Source: Paraspadella gotoi
Taxonomy: Eukaryota; Animalia; Chaetognatha
Assembly: GCA_051294375.1 (NCBI GenBank)
Contig: CM119263.1
Span: 20,488,115-20,552,114 of the forward strand
Direction of reading: 5' to 3'
DNA: 64,000 nt
How positions within the stretch are numbered: position 1 is the stretch's first letter; every line of letters begins with the position of its first letter. The position numbers were made by a program, and so were the translations under genes. Shown here one piece after another: positions 1 through 32,903 of this stretch. The notes beneath the pieces are model-generated. The model searched no databases and was not told where the DNA came from. It saw nothing but the letters and a program-made list of their open reading frames with translations.

Positions 1-79
1 AAAAAGAAAGGATTTATATCACAAAAGAATTCATGTACTACTGTATTTAAGGCAAATAAGTAAAATTATGTATTTATCC

Positions 80-997
80 TGATGCATTTTTCAGATGAAC
101 CCATTCCCATCATTTTAAGATAATTCATTCACGAGATAATCGACTTACAAGTATGGTGGACTAAAACCCACCAACCGTTCATCAGTGGCCATTGGTGCCG
201 GAGGCAAGTCATTCGCCTCCCAACCCAAAGGTCCGGGGTTCTAGCCCGGTGGTCGTCTGGCAGTTAAGAGGGACGGGGCGCTTAACCCGCCTGTAACATG
301 GTGTTACAGCCTGATCCGAAGCTCAGGGACTGCTTATATTGAACGGTTCTATCACTAACTCATAACAATAATTACTGTCTCTTCACAAGTAATATTTTCA
401 TATTTCTTTATTATTTATTTTTTTTATAATCATTTATTCTTATAATAGTACAAAATTATTCAATATAATTTATTAGAATTAAGTCATATCTACTCCTGTT
501 TGTAAAAAGTAAAATTAAATAGTTTAAGGCTTTTTTGTAATTAAACTAAATAAGGACAAATGAGAAAAAATAATAAAATCAATTTGAACATTATTCGTTA
601 TTATTGCAAAAGATAACCTTTTAGATTTAATTTTTTACCAAATATCTTGCAAATATGATGCATTTTTCAAGACCTTTAAGATGAACATATTTTTATCATT
701 TTAAGATAATTCAATCACGAGATAATCGACTTACAAGTAATATTTTTATACTTCTTTATTATTTATTTCTTTTATAATCATTCTTATAATTGTACAAAAT
801 TAGTAAATATAATCTATTAGCATTAAGTCACCTCTACTTCTGCTTGTAAAAAGTAAAATTAAATAGTTTAAGGCATTTTTGTAATTAAACTAAATAAAGG
901 CAAATAATAATAATAAATAAATTTAAACATCTTTACCATTATTCGTTATTATTTCTTTAAATAACCTTTTAGGTTTAATTTTTTCCCAAATATCTTT
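80..997. repeat. Tandem duplication of a ~340-bp AT-rich unit (unit 1 ~80-656 carries a 236-bp insertion; unit 2 ~657-997 is the empty form)
   Basis: gatgcattttt...cacgagataatcgacttacaagta...taaccttt recurs at ~80 and ~657; apart from the insertion at 151-386 the units differ mainly by substitutions and small indels. Confidence 0.85.
151..386 (+). mobile_element. Structured tRNA-derived SINE-like element, copy 1
   Basis: Near-identical second copy at 18507-18751 with the same ends (gtatggtgg...ctcttcac); internal tRNA-like head with A-box-like tggtgccggagg and T-arm ccggg-gttctag-cccgg; empty site visible in the neighbouring duplicate at ~730. Confidence 0.75.
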
Positions 998-1199
998 CAT
1001 AATACTTTTACAAATTTGTAATGTTCTGCCAGAATAAGCTTAAGCCTAATACAAGAATGAAATGTATATAAAAAATAGACAGACAAACCAACCAGACAGA
1101 CAAACTGACCAAAAAGTAACCTATAGAATTTCTCTATGATTACTCGCGGTGTAACTAAAAATGCTGAGCTAGTTATTAAGATAGAAAGATACATATACC

Positions 1200-1422
1200 T
1201 GAAAGATATATACACCACCTCACTGATATGGAAGCCAGATACTCTAGAAGGGAATAAACGAGACTGTGAGAGAGTTGATTGAAAGCTTTCAGTGACCTGC
1301 TATGCCATTATCTTGTAAGAGTGATAGAGACCTAAATCTATTAAAGCCTGTTTAAAATCATGAGCAATATAACTTAATTATTAAATTAATATATAATTTT
1401 ATATTAGTCGTACCAATTTCAT
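1200..1422 (+). mobile_element. 5'-truncated copy of a dispersed retroelement-like 3' end (possibly Penelope-like)
   Basis: Matches the reverse complement of 59846-60115; ends in the family terminus gtaccaatttcat shared with copies at 8377, 21016 and 61839. Confidence 0.6.
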
Positions 1423-2633
1423 TTAAAGAGGCAAAGAAAGAAAAAGAAATAGAAAGAAAAAAAGAAAGGTAAAACAAGAGATTAGGAAAGAAATAGAGAA
1501 AGAGGGAGAAAAAAAGAAATTAGAATCTCTTGAATTTACAATAATTGCTAGTGATTGCTGAATTTGTAATTTTTGTGAGGAGACTAGAGAAGCAAGTAAA
1601 AGAACGTCTCTAGAAAGTATACAAGTATTCAAGTATACATTGCTGATCTTATAGTTAATGTTTTTGTCTCCTTTGCCCAGGACTTGTAATAACCTCAGAT
1701 TAGACATCCGGGCAAGCAGATTCTTCGGTTACGCTGTCTTCTGTGGTATTTGCGTTATCGTTGCGCCCCTCTTGGTCTTAATCAGATCTCTCTTTCGTTT
1801 CTTGAGAGTCCCAACAGTCGCTCCTCCAAAAAAAAAACTTTATTGGAGAATATTTAGTACAATAATGACTATATATTTATATTTTTAGTTGCGCCACGAG
1901 TACTCGCGGAGTAACTCTATTTATAAATCACTTTTCGGTCCGTCGGCATGTCTGTCCGTCGGTCTGTCCTACTTACATTAAAAATGCATATAATTCCCCT
2001 ATAGTTGATTGCTCATTTGTTAACACAGGAAAAAACCTCAAATCTAAGTGACTTCAGGAAATCCTAAAACCTCTGGTTAAAACTTAGCATACTGTGTGCC
2101 AGATCTGGCATAATTTCAGACCGTTTAGCCAGTAAAAAAATGATCTGGCAAATAGCATACAATCTGGCATATTCAAATTGTAAAACAAATTTAAGGTTTT
2201 TCAATCTACAGCATTGGACAGAGTATGAAAAACACTTCCTCTGGTAATATAAATCTGTATTAAATATGCTATTTACTTATTTTATTATTTATTTCTTTGT
2301 AAAAATCATGTTAATTTCCATTAGAGTTGTTTGAAACCCGGAACGGATTGCTAGCATTTATACAATAAAGCCAAAGTATTTGGTTAATACCGATTTTCCT
2401 CTGAGATGCTAGTGTAGTTCTGTATTACTAGTAATAGCATGTTAAAGCAACTTTACAAGTGAAAGACACTATGGCAATTCACAAAGTCTCATTTTTTTCG
2501 TCTTTTTTTTGTTTTTATCTGTCTAAATGATTTTTCATAGGCTTTAATAATAATCATTTCTTTTAACTCTTGTAACAGTTTTTCATTAAATTAGCTAAAA
2601 GATAATTTGGCATAATATTTAACATAGTATCTA

Positions 2634-4144
2634 CATGGTAACAATTTTACAAGCGCCAGTAAAAAAACGCTGTCATTTGCAAACCTGTGGTTATTTCATT
2701 GATTTTAAAAATTAGTTGAGTAGAAAATATAAAAGTAATTTATATGTTCAACTTTTATATTGATCAGTTAAGATATGCCTTGACAGTGAGTGGACAAAGT
2801 TGGCTTGTATTTTCCAACTAACTTTTTTTAGATTCAAATTTTTTCTTTTACTTTCAATAAGTTTTCTGAAGAAATTTGAAATAAAATAATATCAATATTA
2901 TTATCTTCTGAAAGCCCTTTCAAATCTAAATAGAATGACGTACTTACAAATACTGTTGTATAAAAATTAACCGGCCCAGCTTTAATTTAATTAGTATACT
3001 CAAAAATGAAACATCTTTCCAAAAATCAATAACTGGAGGGTAAATTTAAGATTTTTATCAAATTGTGATTGGCTATCTTAAATCTTCTTTTTTCAGGCTC
3101 TTTCATGATACTTATATAAACAATAATATTTTATGTTATAATAATTTAAACAGGTCATATATTTTAAAAAAAGATTTAAACTTTTACATAATTCTCTTTT
3201 AACTCTTTTAATTGAACTTTAATTAAAATTCTAAAAGTGAGGAACGAACAACATTATTCTAATGAACATTTATATAATAAAAAAAAATATATAATGAATT
3301 TTACAATTTACGCAGTAGGCCATATTTATACTAGTACTAAACCAATAAATGTTAAAATTTCAAAACAGTTTTTCTCAGATTTTTTTACAGATTTTGGATT
3401 CGTCATAAAGATATATAAAAAATATAACTCTTTTTGAAAAATTCCTTCATTAAGTGGGTCAAAAATTAGAAAAGCTATTTTTAAGCTGAAAAATAATTTT
3501 TATATATTAAATATAGTTTTATAATTTTAACCCACTTAATGAAAGAATTTTTAAAAATGATTATATTTTTCTTTTATAAACTTTTGACGAGGAATTCAAA
3601 TCTGCAATCAAAATTAAAAAAGCCTATTTTGAAAATTTTTCGATTTTTTATAGGATAGTACCATATATAAATATAGCCTACTGCAAAAATTAAAAAGCAA
3701 TAAATTAATTTTTTTTACAAATTAATGTTCACAGATGGTATGTTGTTCATAATTGACTTTTAGAATTTTCGTATGTAACTTTCACTACGCCTTACTGGAC
3801 AGCTTAATTTTTATGTTAGAGCTTTCGTAAGTTATATCATTTTTTTCATTTTTTAAGGGCTTTCTGGGGATATTAATATTGTTAATATTTCAATAAATAC
3901 TTTGTTTAAAAAAGTGCTAAAAGTTTGAAAAAAAAGAATTTAAAAACAGTGAGTTGGAAAATGAAACCCGATTTTTCAAGCAAACTTTCTCCACTTATTG
4001 TCAAGCATATCTAACTGATGAAATAAAAATTTGAACACATAAATTACTTTAATATTTTCTACCAACTAAATTTAAAATCAATGAAATAACCACTGTTTGC
4101 AAATGACACGTTTTTTTACCGGCGCTTGTAAAATTGTCACCATG
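2634..4144. mobile_element. Tc1/mariner-type MITE (family A), copy 1
   Basis: Long TIRs catggt(a/g)acaattttacaagcgcc...; TA target duplication on both sides; second copy at 47647-48599. Confidence 0.85.
3215..3794. mobile_element. hAT-type MITE (family B), left end deleted, nested in family A
   Basis: Highly similar to 32904-33526 and 49577-50187; retains right end actacgcctta. Confidence 0.85.
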
Positions 4145-4328
4145 TAGCATACGTTTTTTCTGCAGAGTTTTAACCAGATCCTAAAACTTTAAAGAATAAA
4201 AGATAAGATTCCGAAGCAATGCGTGTCATAAATACATGAAAAGAAAGTCACTGCGGCGCAACACATTTGAATTACCGTTGGTTTTAAATAAAATCTAGTA
4301 TTTTTTATAAAATATTTTAAAAATTTAT

Positions 4329-4514
4329 TTTAGAGATGAAACGAAAAATTCGTTGTAATAGCAATTTTTATTTTTATTATTGTACATGTTTCGACTCTTA
4401 GTGTTACTAGTCTTCATCAGCAAGATGAAGACTGATGCTGATGAAGACTCGTAACATGTACAATAATAAAAATAAAAATTGCTATTACAACGAATTTTTC
4501 GTTTCATCTCTAAA
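4329..4514. repeat. Perfect 62-bp inverted repeat enclosing hammerhead-ribozyme sequence (Penelope-type terminus foldback)
   Basis: 4329-4390 is the exact reverse complement of 4453-4514; the spacer contains ctgatga/gact motifs on both strands. Confidence 0.85.
4380..4423 (-). ncRNA. Minimal type I hammerhead ribozyme (Penelope-associated type)
   Basis: Minus strand: uug-CUGAUGA-a-GACU..AGUC-GAAA-cAUg-UA-caa; 3-bp stem I, palindromic short stem III, GUA cleavage triplet. Confidence 0.7.
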
Positions 4515-4815
4515 CTATTTTAAATAGCAAAAAAGAAAGTCAAAATACAATAAAAGTTTATTAAATAAAAAATATAAAATACAATTAAAATACAAATTCG
4601 ATATCATTGTTGTGACGTTCCTAATAATTCCTTTCGGTAAACAAACGCCCTTCGTTTCTTTCTCTTCTTCTATTGCTATGATATTATTATTATTATTACT
4701 ATTTTCTTTTTCAGATAAACCTTCGCATCGATGACAAATTTACATCATAACTTGTTGAAACCTCATATAATTTCTTAAAATTTGAAGTGACATTATTATA
4801 TCAAAGTCATCAAAA

Positions 4816-6614
4816 ATGTCCCTCTCCGACATATGTTCTATCTGCTTGGACCAGCCCTCTCGACCCGTTAAAACTCCTTGCCTCCATATTTTCTGTCGTT
4901 CTTGCATCACCGGTTGGCTTGACCGTCGATCTCATTGCCCCGTGTGCCGTGCTTCAGTCAGGGGTGGCAGGAATGCGTTGCTGCCAATGTTTAATAATTT
5001 ACGCCGAGCTACTTCGGCCCCGAACATTAATTCGGCACAAGCCGTCGCCGCTCGCTGCCGCTCTGCGGCCACTGGTCCTACGACATCTCGTTTCGTGGCA
5101 ACGCGCAACGCTTTCGCGGATCAGGAACGGCAGAGGGCACAGGCGGCTTCCAGGAGGAGTGCGACCGCTTCGGCGAACTTGGATCGTTCTGTCCGATGCC
5201 ACTGCAACTTGCGACGTGGTGAGAAATGAACATTTTACCCTTCGTGGAGTTATTATAAAAATTTATTTGTAAAGTTATTATAAAAATTTATTTGTATTTA
5301 ATTTGAAATATTAAAATCGTTCGTATTTTTATTTAATATACTTTATCATTTAATGCGATTATTTTCATTAAAGGAGTTAAGGAAATTTTATCCGTTAATA
5401 ATCGTTTGAAAATCATTTAAAAATATTTTGTTAGAATCGATTATCCAATGACCAATGCTATTCAAAAAAAAGAAAGATACAACCAGTGGCTACGCCAATA
5501 CATACTTTTAAGGGCTTAAACTGAACTTAAAATAATAATTTGGTATTTATAAAAAGATTTTATAAATCAAAATAATATTATTTTTGTTTTGATATATTAT
5601 ATATGATAAAAATGCTTTGATTAATACGAAATAAAAAATAGAATAAAATAAAATAGAATAAGATAAAATAGAATAAGATAAAAATATTTGTTGAAGAGCA
5701 GGTACAAGTAAAGATTTAGTGGGTGCAGAAAGTTGATTTTGATTGTTTTTTTGTCTTATAAAAAGTGTTTTTCTTTGTAGAACCTTTTAGTAGAATAGAG
5801 TGAAAATCTAAAAAAAATTTAATGGGATTGCTTTTTTGTTTCAGAAAAAAAAATTTAAACCTTTGGTAAATATACTTAAACTAAATTTTATTATTATTTT
5901 ATTTTTAAAAATGCTGTTTTGTTTATACCGCCATTTGGTTTATTAAGACTAAAACATATAAAAGTTTGTTATTTTGTGTAAAGCAATGCAAGAGAAGATC
6001 AAGTAGGCGCAGACAGAAGAGCAAATTTTTATAGAAAATAAAAGGAAAATGCTTATAGTAGAAAAAATAAGGGATAAATCTTCTTAAAAAGAAGGAAAAG
6101 TTATATAAAAAAAAATGTACAATTTTTGAGGGGTAAATAAATCGCTAAAGTGATTTACAATAAATACGGCCCTTAACCAATTACTTTTCTTCCAGGCCCC
6201 TGTCGATGTCGCCGTCCACCGGTTGCTCCACGACGTCTCCAGGCCAACCCGCAATCGACGTCTTCCAGTCGACGCCAGTCGTCCGAATCGTCCGTAGACG
6301 AACCGACTGCTGTGGCCATCGAAACGAGCGCCCTTGAAGCCGGTATCGCCGAGAGCCTACATGAAGCGAGGCTGACCGAGAGCATCCAGCGTGATTTTGA
6401 GGGCATCTTGGACGCACTTGTCCGCGAACCCAACGACGTTATCGATTTGACGGACGAAGAGTTATTTCACAGTGAGAGCGATACTTATATTTCCCTCAAA
6501 CATCTCAGGGAAGCTATGGTTACTGACGATAGATGCCGAACTATGGTTGAACATCTCATGGGAGTACTTAACGATAGCGCTTCACTTTTTACCTTTGGCA
6601 ATGATTTTAATTGA
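4816..6614 (+). CDS. RING-HC (C3HC4) finger protein with C-terminal UIM-like and SUMO-interacting motifs, ~273 aa; exons 4816-5218 and 6196-6614
   Basis: CSIC-x11-CLH-x2-C-x2-C-x10-CPVC; donor G|GTGAGA at 5218/5219 and acceptor ttttcttccag at 6195 join in phase 1 into the 6312-6614 ORF frame; motifs LEAGIAESLHE and DVIDLTDEE. Confidence 0.75.
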
Positions 6615-6797
6615 TAAAAAAAACAAAACATGTAGCGCTAAACTCGCGTCTTTAAGGGACATTGTTTTTATTCTGGCGTAAAATGTTTTTACTTTTGTCT
6701 TGATCGTTTTAAACCCTTCTTTATTTTCTAATAAATAAGCTTTATATTATATTAATAATTAATTATTCAATAATTAATTAATTAATTTAGGTTTAAA

Positions 6798-7301
6798 AGT
6801 GGCTTAGGATAAGGGGTGATTATTGATTAAGGTTAGGGGAGTTCAAAGTAATTAAGTAATTATGTAATTTTTTAACAAAATTTTTAAATAGTTTTTTAAA
6901 AGACAAAACCCTAGTCGGCGAAAATGAAATTTTACCCAAATTTTTTTTTACTGTAACCTTAGTAGTTTTTAGTTAGTAGTTTTTAAAAAAGTTAAAACCT
7001 TAATCAGCAAAAGTAAAATTTTATTATAATTATTTTAAAAAAGCTTTAAAAAATTAATAATGACTCAATTAGTTATTTAAGCAGTATATACAGATAAACC
7101 TATCAGAAATTTATTTCAAAAGTAATTCGACTTGTAAATTTAGCATAAGGTTATAGTAAAAAAATTGTTTGGTAAAATTTTAATTTTGCTAAATAGTTTT
7201 GCTTTTAAAAAACTATTTAAAAATATTTGGTAAAAAAATTATTACTTAATTACCTTAACTCTAAACCCCATAACCTTAATCACCCCTAATCCTAAACCAC
7301 T
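6798..7301. mobile_element. Foldback/MITE-like element with telomere-like (ttaggg-type) motifs in its inverted ends
   Basis: agtggcttaggataaggggtgatta... pairs with ...taatcacccctaatcctaaaccact. Confidence 0.55.
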
Positions 7302-8142
7302 ACCGGGGGTAGTAAATTTGTATTTGTAACGTTTGTTAATTGTAAATTACAAAGGGGTGGCAAAGTAAAAGTAAAATTATTACGTCTTTTGTTTGTCTTC
7401 CGTTTGTCTTCCGTTGGTCTTCCTCCTTTTTGACAAGCGGAATGATTTCTAAATAAAGACAAAAGGTATTCGGTTCATGCGTTTTCCGAAAATGGACCAA
7501 ATGTAACTCGCCTTTTTTAGAAGTCTCAATCCTTCCATGATCCGATTATTTTTATTATTTGTATATATTTAATATATTTAATATATTACCATATACTATC
7601 TATACTCATTTGCAGCCAATTAGTCCCTCACTAACATCACTCTCCCCATTACATTATAAAAGAATATAAAGAACAAATATAAGAAAAAATATAAAAGAAT
7701 TAATGATTAAACCTAATATATAGTGAAATATATTAAACTTTTATATTCATTTTTAAATTTAATCAAATTTAGTCGAATATAATTATATAATAAAATAAAT
7801 AATCTTGCAATTTTTCATAATAAAATTTGAAATTGGGCTCACCTTGCTTTTGTATCTCCCTTTTGTCTTTACAGTTTACTTGGGAACCGCGAAAATACAG
7901 CAGACGCTACTAACAAAAAAGGAAGTACTATCTACCAAAAAAAATGACTGGGCTAAATAAATGCAAAAAGATGAAATACATTGCAAATTTCACAACAAAT
8001 AAGTCAAATTTCTAAATTTGATAATAGTTAAAGTTAAACGGGTAAAATTTTATTTTGGCCTACTAGGGTTTTGGCGTCTTTTAAAAAGCCACTTAAAATA
8101 TTTATTTTATTAAATTAATAAACTAAAAAGGACTGAATACTG

Positions 8143-9214
8143 TAGGGCGTTGAAAAATAACGAAATATAACAAATCAAGTGAGGTACATAGCTATTTTGT
8201 TGTAATAAAGTCTGTAAAATTCGATGATAACCATTTTTTTGTATAGTCTCATCTTCTTTGTCGGAAATGGCGATTTTTGCAGCATATAAGGTGCTATTAA
8301 AATGGAGCAAACATTGTAGAGTATAAGAAACTCAAATTATTAAGATTTTATAAAAGCCATATTTAATTTACATAAACCTTAAACCACCAAAGCCTGTCCA
8401 AAGTCAGGGGCAAGATAGCTTATTTATTAAATGAATGGATAATTTTTATATTAGTTGTACCAATTTCATAATATGAAAATAAAGACCCATATAAATATTT
8501 TAGTAAGTTTATTTACAATTTTTTAATTTTATTATTAGTTTGTTAGTTATATTTATTAATAAATAATAATAAAAAATAAGCTAAAGTAAAAAAATAAAAA
8601 TTTTAAAACCGGATTTGAATTCCTTACAAAAAGTTGATATAAGAAAGTATAATCCATTTTAAAAAATTCTTTCATTAAGTAGGTTAACAATATTAAAAAC
8701 TATTATTTTTGTTTAATTTTTTTATTTTTGGCTTAAAATTATAGTTTTTCTGAATTTTGACCAACTTAATGACATACTTTTGATATAAAAATTATATTTT
8801 ATTATATCAACTTTTTGCAAAGAATGCAAATCCATGAAAACAATTTTAAAATTATTATTTTTTAACTTTAACCCAATTTTTATTCATAATTATTAATAAA
8901 TATAGTTAACTAACTTTTTATAAAACATAAAATTTAGAAATAAACTTACCAAAATATTTTTAGAAGTCTTTATTTTTATATTTCAAAAGCTCATATAAAT
9001 TTTATAAAATTTTAATAATTTGATTTATCATAACTTATAATGGTTTTGCTATTTTATAACAATTTTATATACATTAAAAACCGTCATTTCCGACAAGAAA
9101 GATAAAATTATATTAAAAAATGGTCATCACCATCGAATTCTACAGACTACATTACACTAAAATAGCTATGTACCTCACTTGATTTGTTATATTTTGTTAT
9201 TTTTCAACGCTCTA
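8143..9214. mobile_element. Foldback hAT-like MITE related to family B, with a retroelement 3'-end fragment inserted at 8377-8469
   Basis: TIR tag(g/a)gcgttgaaaaataac..aaatcaagtgaggtacatagctattt at both ends; internal motifs shared with family B; TSD not clean. Confidence 0.7.
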
Positions 9215-9885
9215 CTGAATAGTAACGAACGACGTAAGCACGAATGATTAAATGATCCAAATGACGATGAAACGAAGTCAAAACACGGATTATGCGTTTG
9301 AAGTTAACAGTTTAAAGTTATATTATTATATTATACTGCTCGCGTGGGTTGCTACTTTATTTTTCCATTTGTTGCACACCCTGGTGAGGAAGAACCGTCC
9401 AGCTGCTCCCGCTGCTCCTGCCGCAATTTTTTTCCACATACTCAAAAGTAGGCTGCCAGACTAAATCGCGGAATTTTCCACTTCTAATCCTCAACTATTT
9501 TTTTGCTGCGATTTCGATTAGCTGAGAAGAGGGGGGGGGGAACTTCACGAAGTTTCAAGAAAAAAAATTATTCGTTTCGAAAATCGAATTAAAAAAAACT
9601 TTTTCCTTCTCGTGGAAAATCGAGACCCTGAAAGAAATGAATATATATCGTCATTCGAATTAGTTTCGGATTTTTATTGGCGAAACTTGAAATTAGAAGC
9701 GAAGGAAAACAAATTTCAAGAGTTCATTTCCTATATTACGGATTGAGGAAAGGGCGAAAACGCGAAAGGTTTAAAGGGTCATTTAAAATACGATATATTT
9801 AAAATATAACGGATGATTGATAATTTATTGGCAAATAGTTTAAAGGCGGGTTTCGTTTATCTTCCTCTCTCTCTCTCTCTCTCTC

Positions 9886-30289
<20,404 letters not shown>

Positions 30290-32717
30290 TCCTCTTTTTT
30301 AAATTTAATTTAAAACTTTGTCAGTTCGTTTTTGTTTTGTTTGTTGTCGATGTTTGTTTCGGAAATTGGTTTCTTCTCGAAAATGTTTACGTTTCGTGGT
30401 TTAGAGTCAATGAAGCGGTTGGAGAAGAGATAACGTTACCGGGTGATCTAGAATAATATTGTCGAACATCCTTTGTAAGCGAAGAAATTTAAAAAATTCG
30501 ATTTCTTTACGTTTTCTCAAAAAGAATGATCGTTCGATGACTTATCACAAAAAAACTTAGCTAAAGAAACTGATTTGATTAAATCGCTGATAATAATTGA
30601 AGGGACTTGTATCTTTATCTTGATAATATATTTATTTTTTTAAAGATAAAAACAGATAACTTGCTGCCATTACATAAGAACTAAAATAACTAGAAAATAA
30701 ATATTTTTTAAATATTCTCATCGCGCATGCTTTTATCCACATGTAAAACTCAATATCCAGTTAAATTCAGAACAATGGCTAAAGTACTTCCACTCACAAA
30801 TTCCAGTTTTTTTAATGTTTTTAAATTTAAAAAAAAAATCATACCTTTTTTTTCGTCGTCATCATCTCGATTTATCTTCTCTCAATTTTTGTTGGCGGAG
30901 AATTCATTCGTTTATCTTTTATCCCTTGTTTGTTTTCGTCTTCTTTCGCTCCGCTGTCACCCCTAGAATGACAACCCCGAATGGCACCCCTCCCTCTGAC
31001 TTCCCCCCTTTTTTCTACATGCCACTCCTTACTCAAACCACCACCGCTTACCTCTCTCTTCAAACGACACTCACGGATCACACAATTCCCCAACTCTTCG
31101 CGCTCGACTGTCAAACTCACACTCACCCTAAGAATCTTTATCTTTTCGAAGCTTCCTTCTTTTTTCCCTCATCACGTTTAACTTTAAGAAGAGTTCAGTC
31201 AGGAATGAACTTGCAATTTTAGCTGTTCTCAGTTCACAGTTCACTCATCACCTTGGTCTCCTCACCCAACGAGTCACCGAGAAACTCACCCAAGATGTCT
31301 TCACCAACGTTTCTTAATTATCTTTCATCTTCCAAATCGCCCTTTCATTACATTCCTGACCTTACCTCGCCTCACTGACTTCAATCGATTCCCCGCCATC
31401 GGGGGATTCATCTCTCACTTCACAGTTCACAGTTCACATCCTTAGTCAAACCTGCTCCCGTTTCCCTTCTACTCGACAGCGCGTCCCCCCCACCACTTGA
31501 ACGCCAAGACCTCTCCTCTTTCAGTGACTCGTCGTCGTCGTCGTCTCTCCACTTCTCGGCTCTTCGCCATCAGGTTTCCCCCGCCTGCTCCTCACCCTCC
31601 CCTTAAGTCATCCCTTACTTTTATAAAGTTGGTAAAAGCAATATGAATTGAGCCATAAACATGCCATTAACAGGCCATTAACATGCCATCTGACGTTTTG
31701 ATTTTGGACACTCGTGAATGATAATAACGTCATTGTACTGAAACTAGCAAACTAACGAGCATAGAGTCAGTAAGTACTAATGTTTCTTCCTTTATCGCAA
31801 TTGACTTGCTAACAGCTTCTCTCAACTATCACTTTCTTCAGAACTATTACTATAGATGTAGTTTATAATAGTTGGGCCACTGTCCTGCAGGGGTGAGGCA
31901 ACAAGCAGCAGGGCGGCCCTGAGAAGAAGCGTGTTGACATGAACGAGGAGTGAGCGAAGCGAGTGAGCGAGCGAGTTAGAAGTCTAAAAGTAAAATTAGA
32001 AACATGACAATGTGTTCACTACTTAATTATACAAATAACTAACAATTTGAAACTGGTTCTGAGTTATAAAAGAATTTACTTTGTATCCGGATAGTCCAAG
32101 AAAATTAAGATAAGGAATAGGCCTTAGCAAATTGTTAAAACTTTAAATAACTAAATAACTAAAATTGATGTCTGAAAGAAAGGCATTTACCAAAAAATAG
32201 AACACTAAAAACGTTAAGCAACACGTGGAGTGAATGCCAAATCACCATTTGAAGATCGAATTGTAAACGTTGCGATTCACTGTGCATGCGCATGATTTAT
32301 AAAAAAAAGGACTATTTCTGTCCTCTTACGGGACAACTGGTTCCAAATCCTCCGGATCCCAAAAGTAAAGTTCAACAAAATAGCAACGTTAGAAACCGTT
32401 AAGGAAATAGTACGAGAAGAGGAAGACAGAAATATTTAGATTAATAATTTCTTAACAGTCATTTTAAGCTTATTTCAAAATTAAGTGGTATGAATATTAA
32501 ACTTCAATATTTCATTATACTTATCCATTTAATATGATCGATAAAAGTGCAATTATTCAGTTATGGCTTGGTCAGAGATTTTTATATAAACTCAAGAACT
32601 CGATTTCATCTAAGTTTAATTCTCATCCTTCATTCTTCGTCTTCTTTCACAGAAACTCATCTTCTTTCTTCAACCTCTATCGATTATTTTTATATTTTCG
32701 CGATCATCATCTTCTTC

Positions 32718-32779
<62 letters not shown>

Positions 32780-32903
32780 TATCATCATCATCATCATCCC
32801 AGATGACGAAAAAAATTATCCCCCTCTGCCAACTTCTTTAGAATTGATTTGTATGCAAAATAATCTCAACTTTTTTGTTTTAAATAAAGAAAGAAATGCA
32901 GAT

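Larger units (their letters stand above)
2071..4179. mobile_element. Non-autonomous TIR element nested in family D
   Basis: TIR tctggttaaaact/agttttaaccaga; 8-9-bp TSD (t)cctaaaac at 2062-2070 and 4179-4187; empty site aaatcctaaaacta seen at ~54184. Confidence 0.75.
1883..4285 (+). mobile_element. DINE-1/Helentron-like non-autonomous element (family D) interrupted by nested insertions
   Basis: T-rich start, sub-terminal IR gttgcgcc...ggcgcaac, 5' palindrome cgagtactcg, (GTCY)n microsatellite, 3' end ctgcggcgcaacacatttgaattaccgtt identical to that at 54321-54349. Confidence 0.7.
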
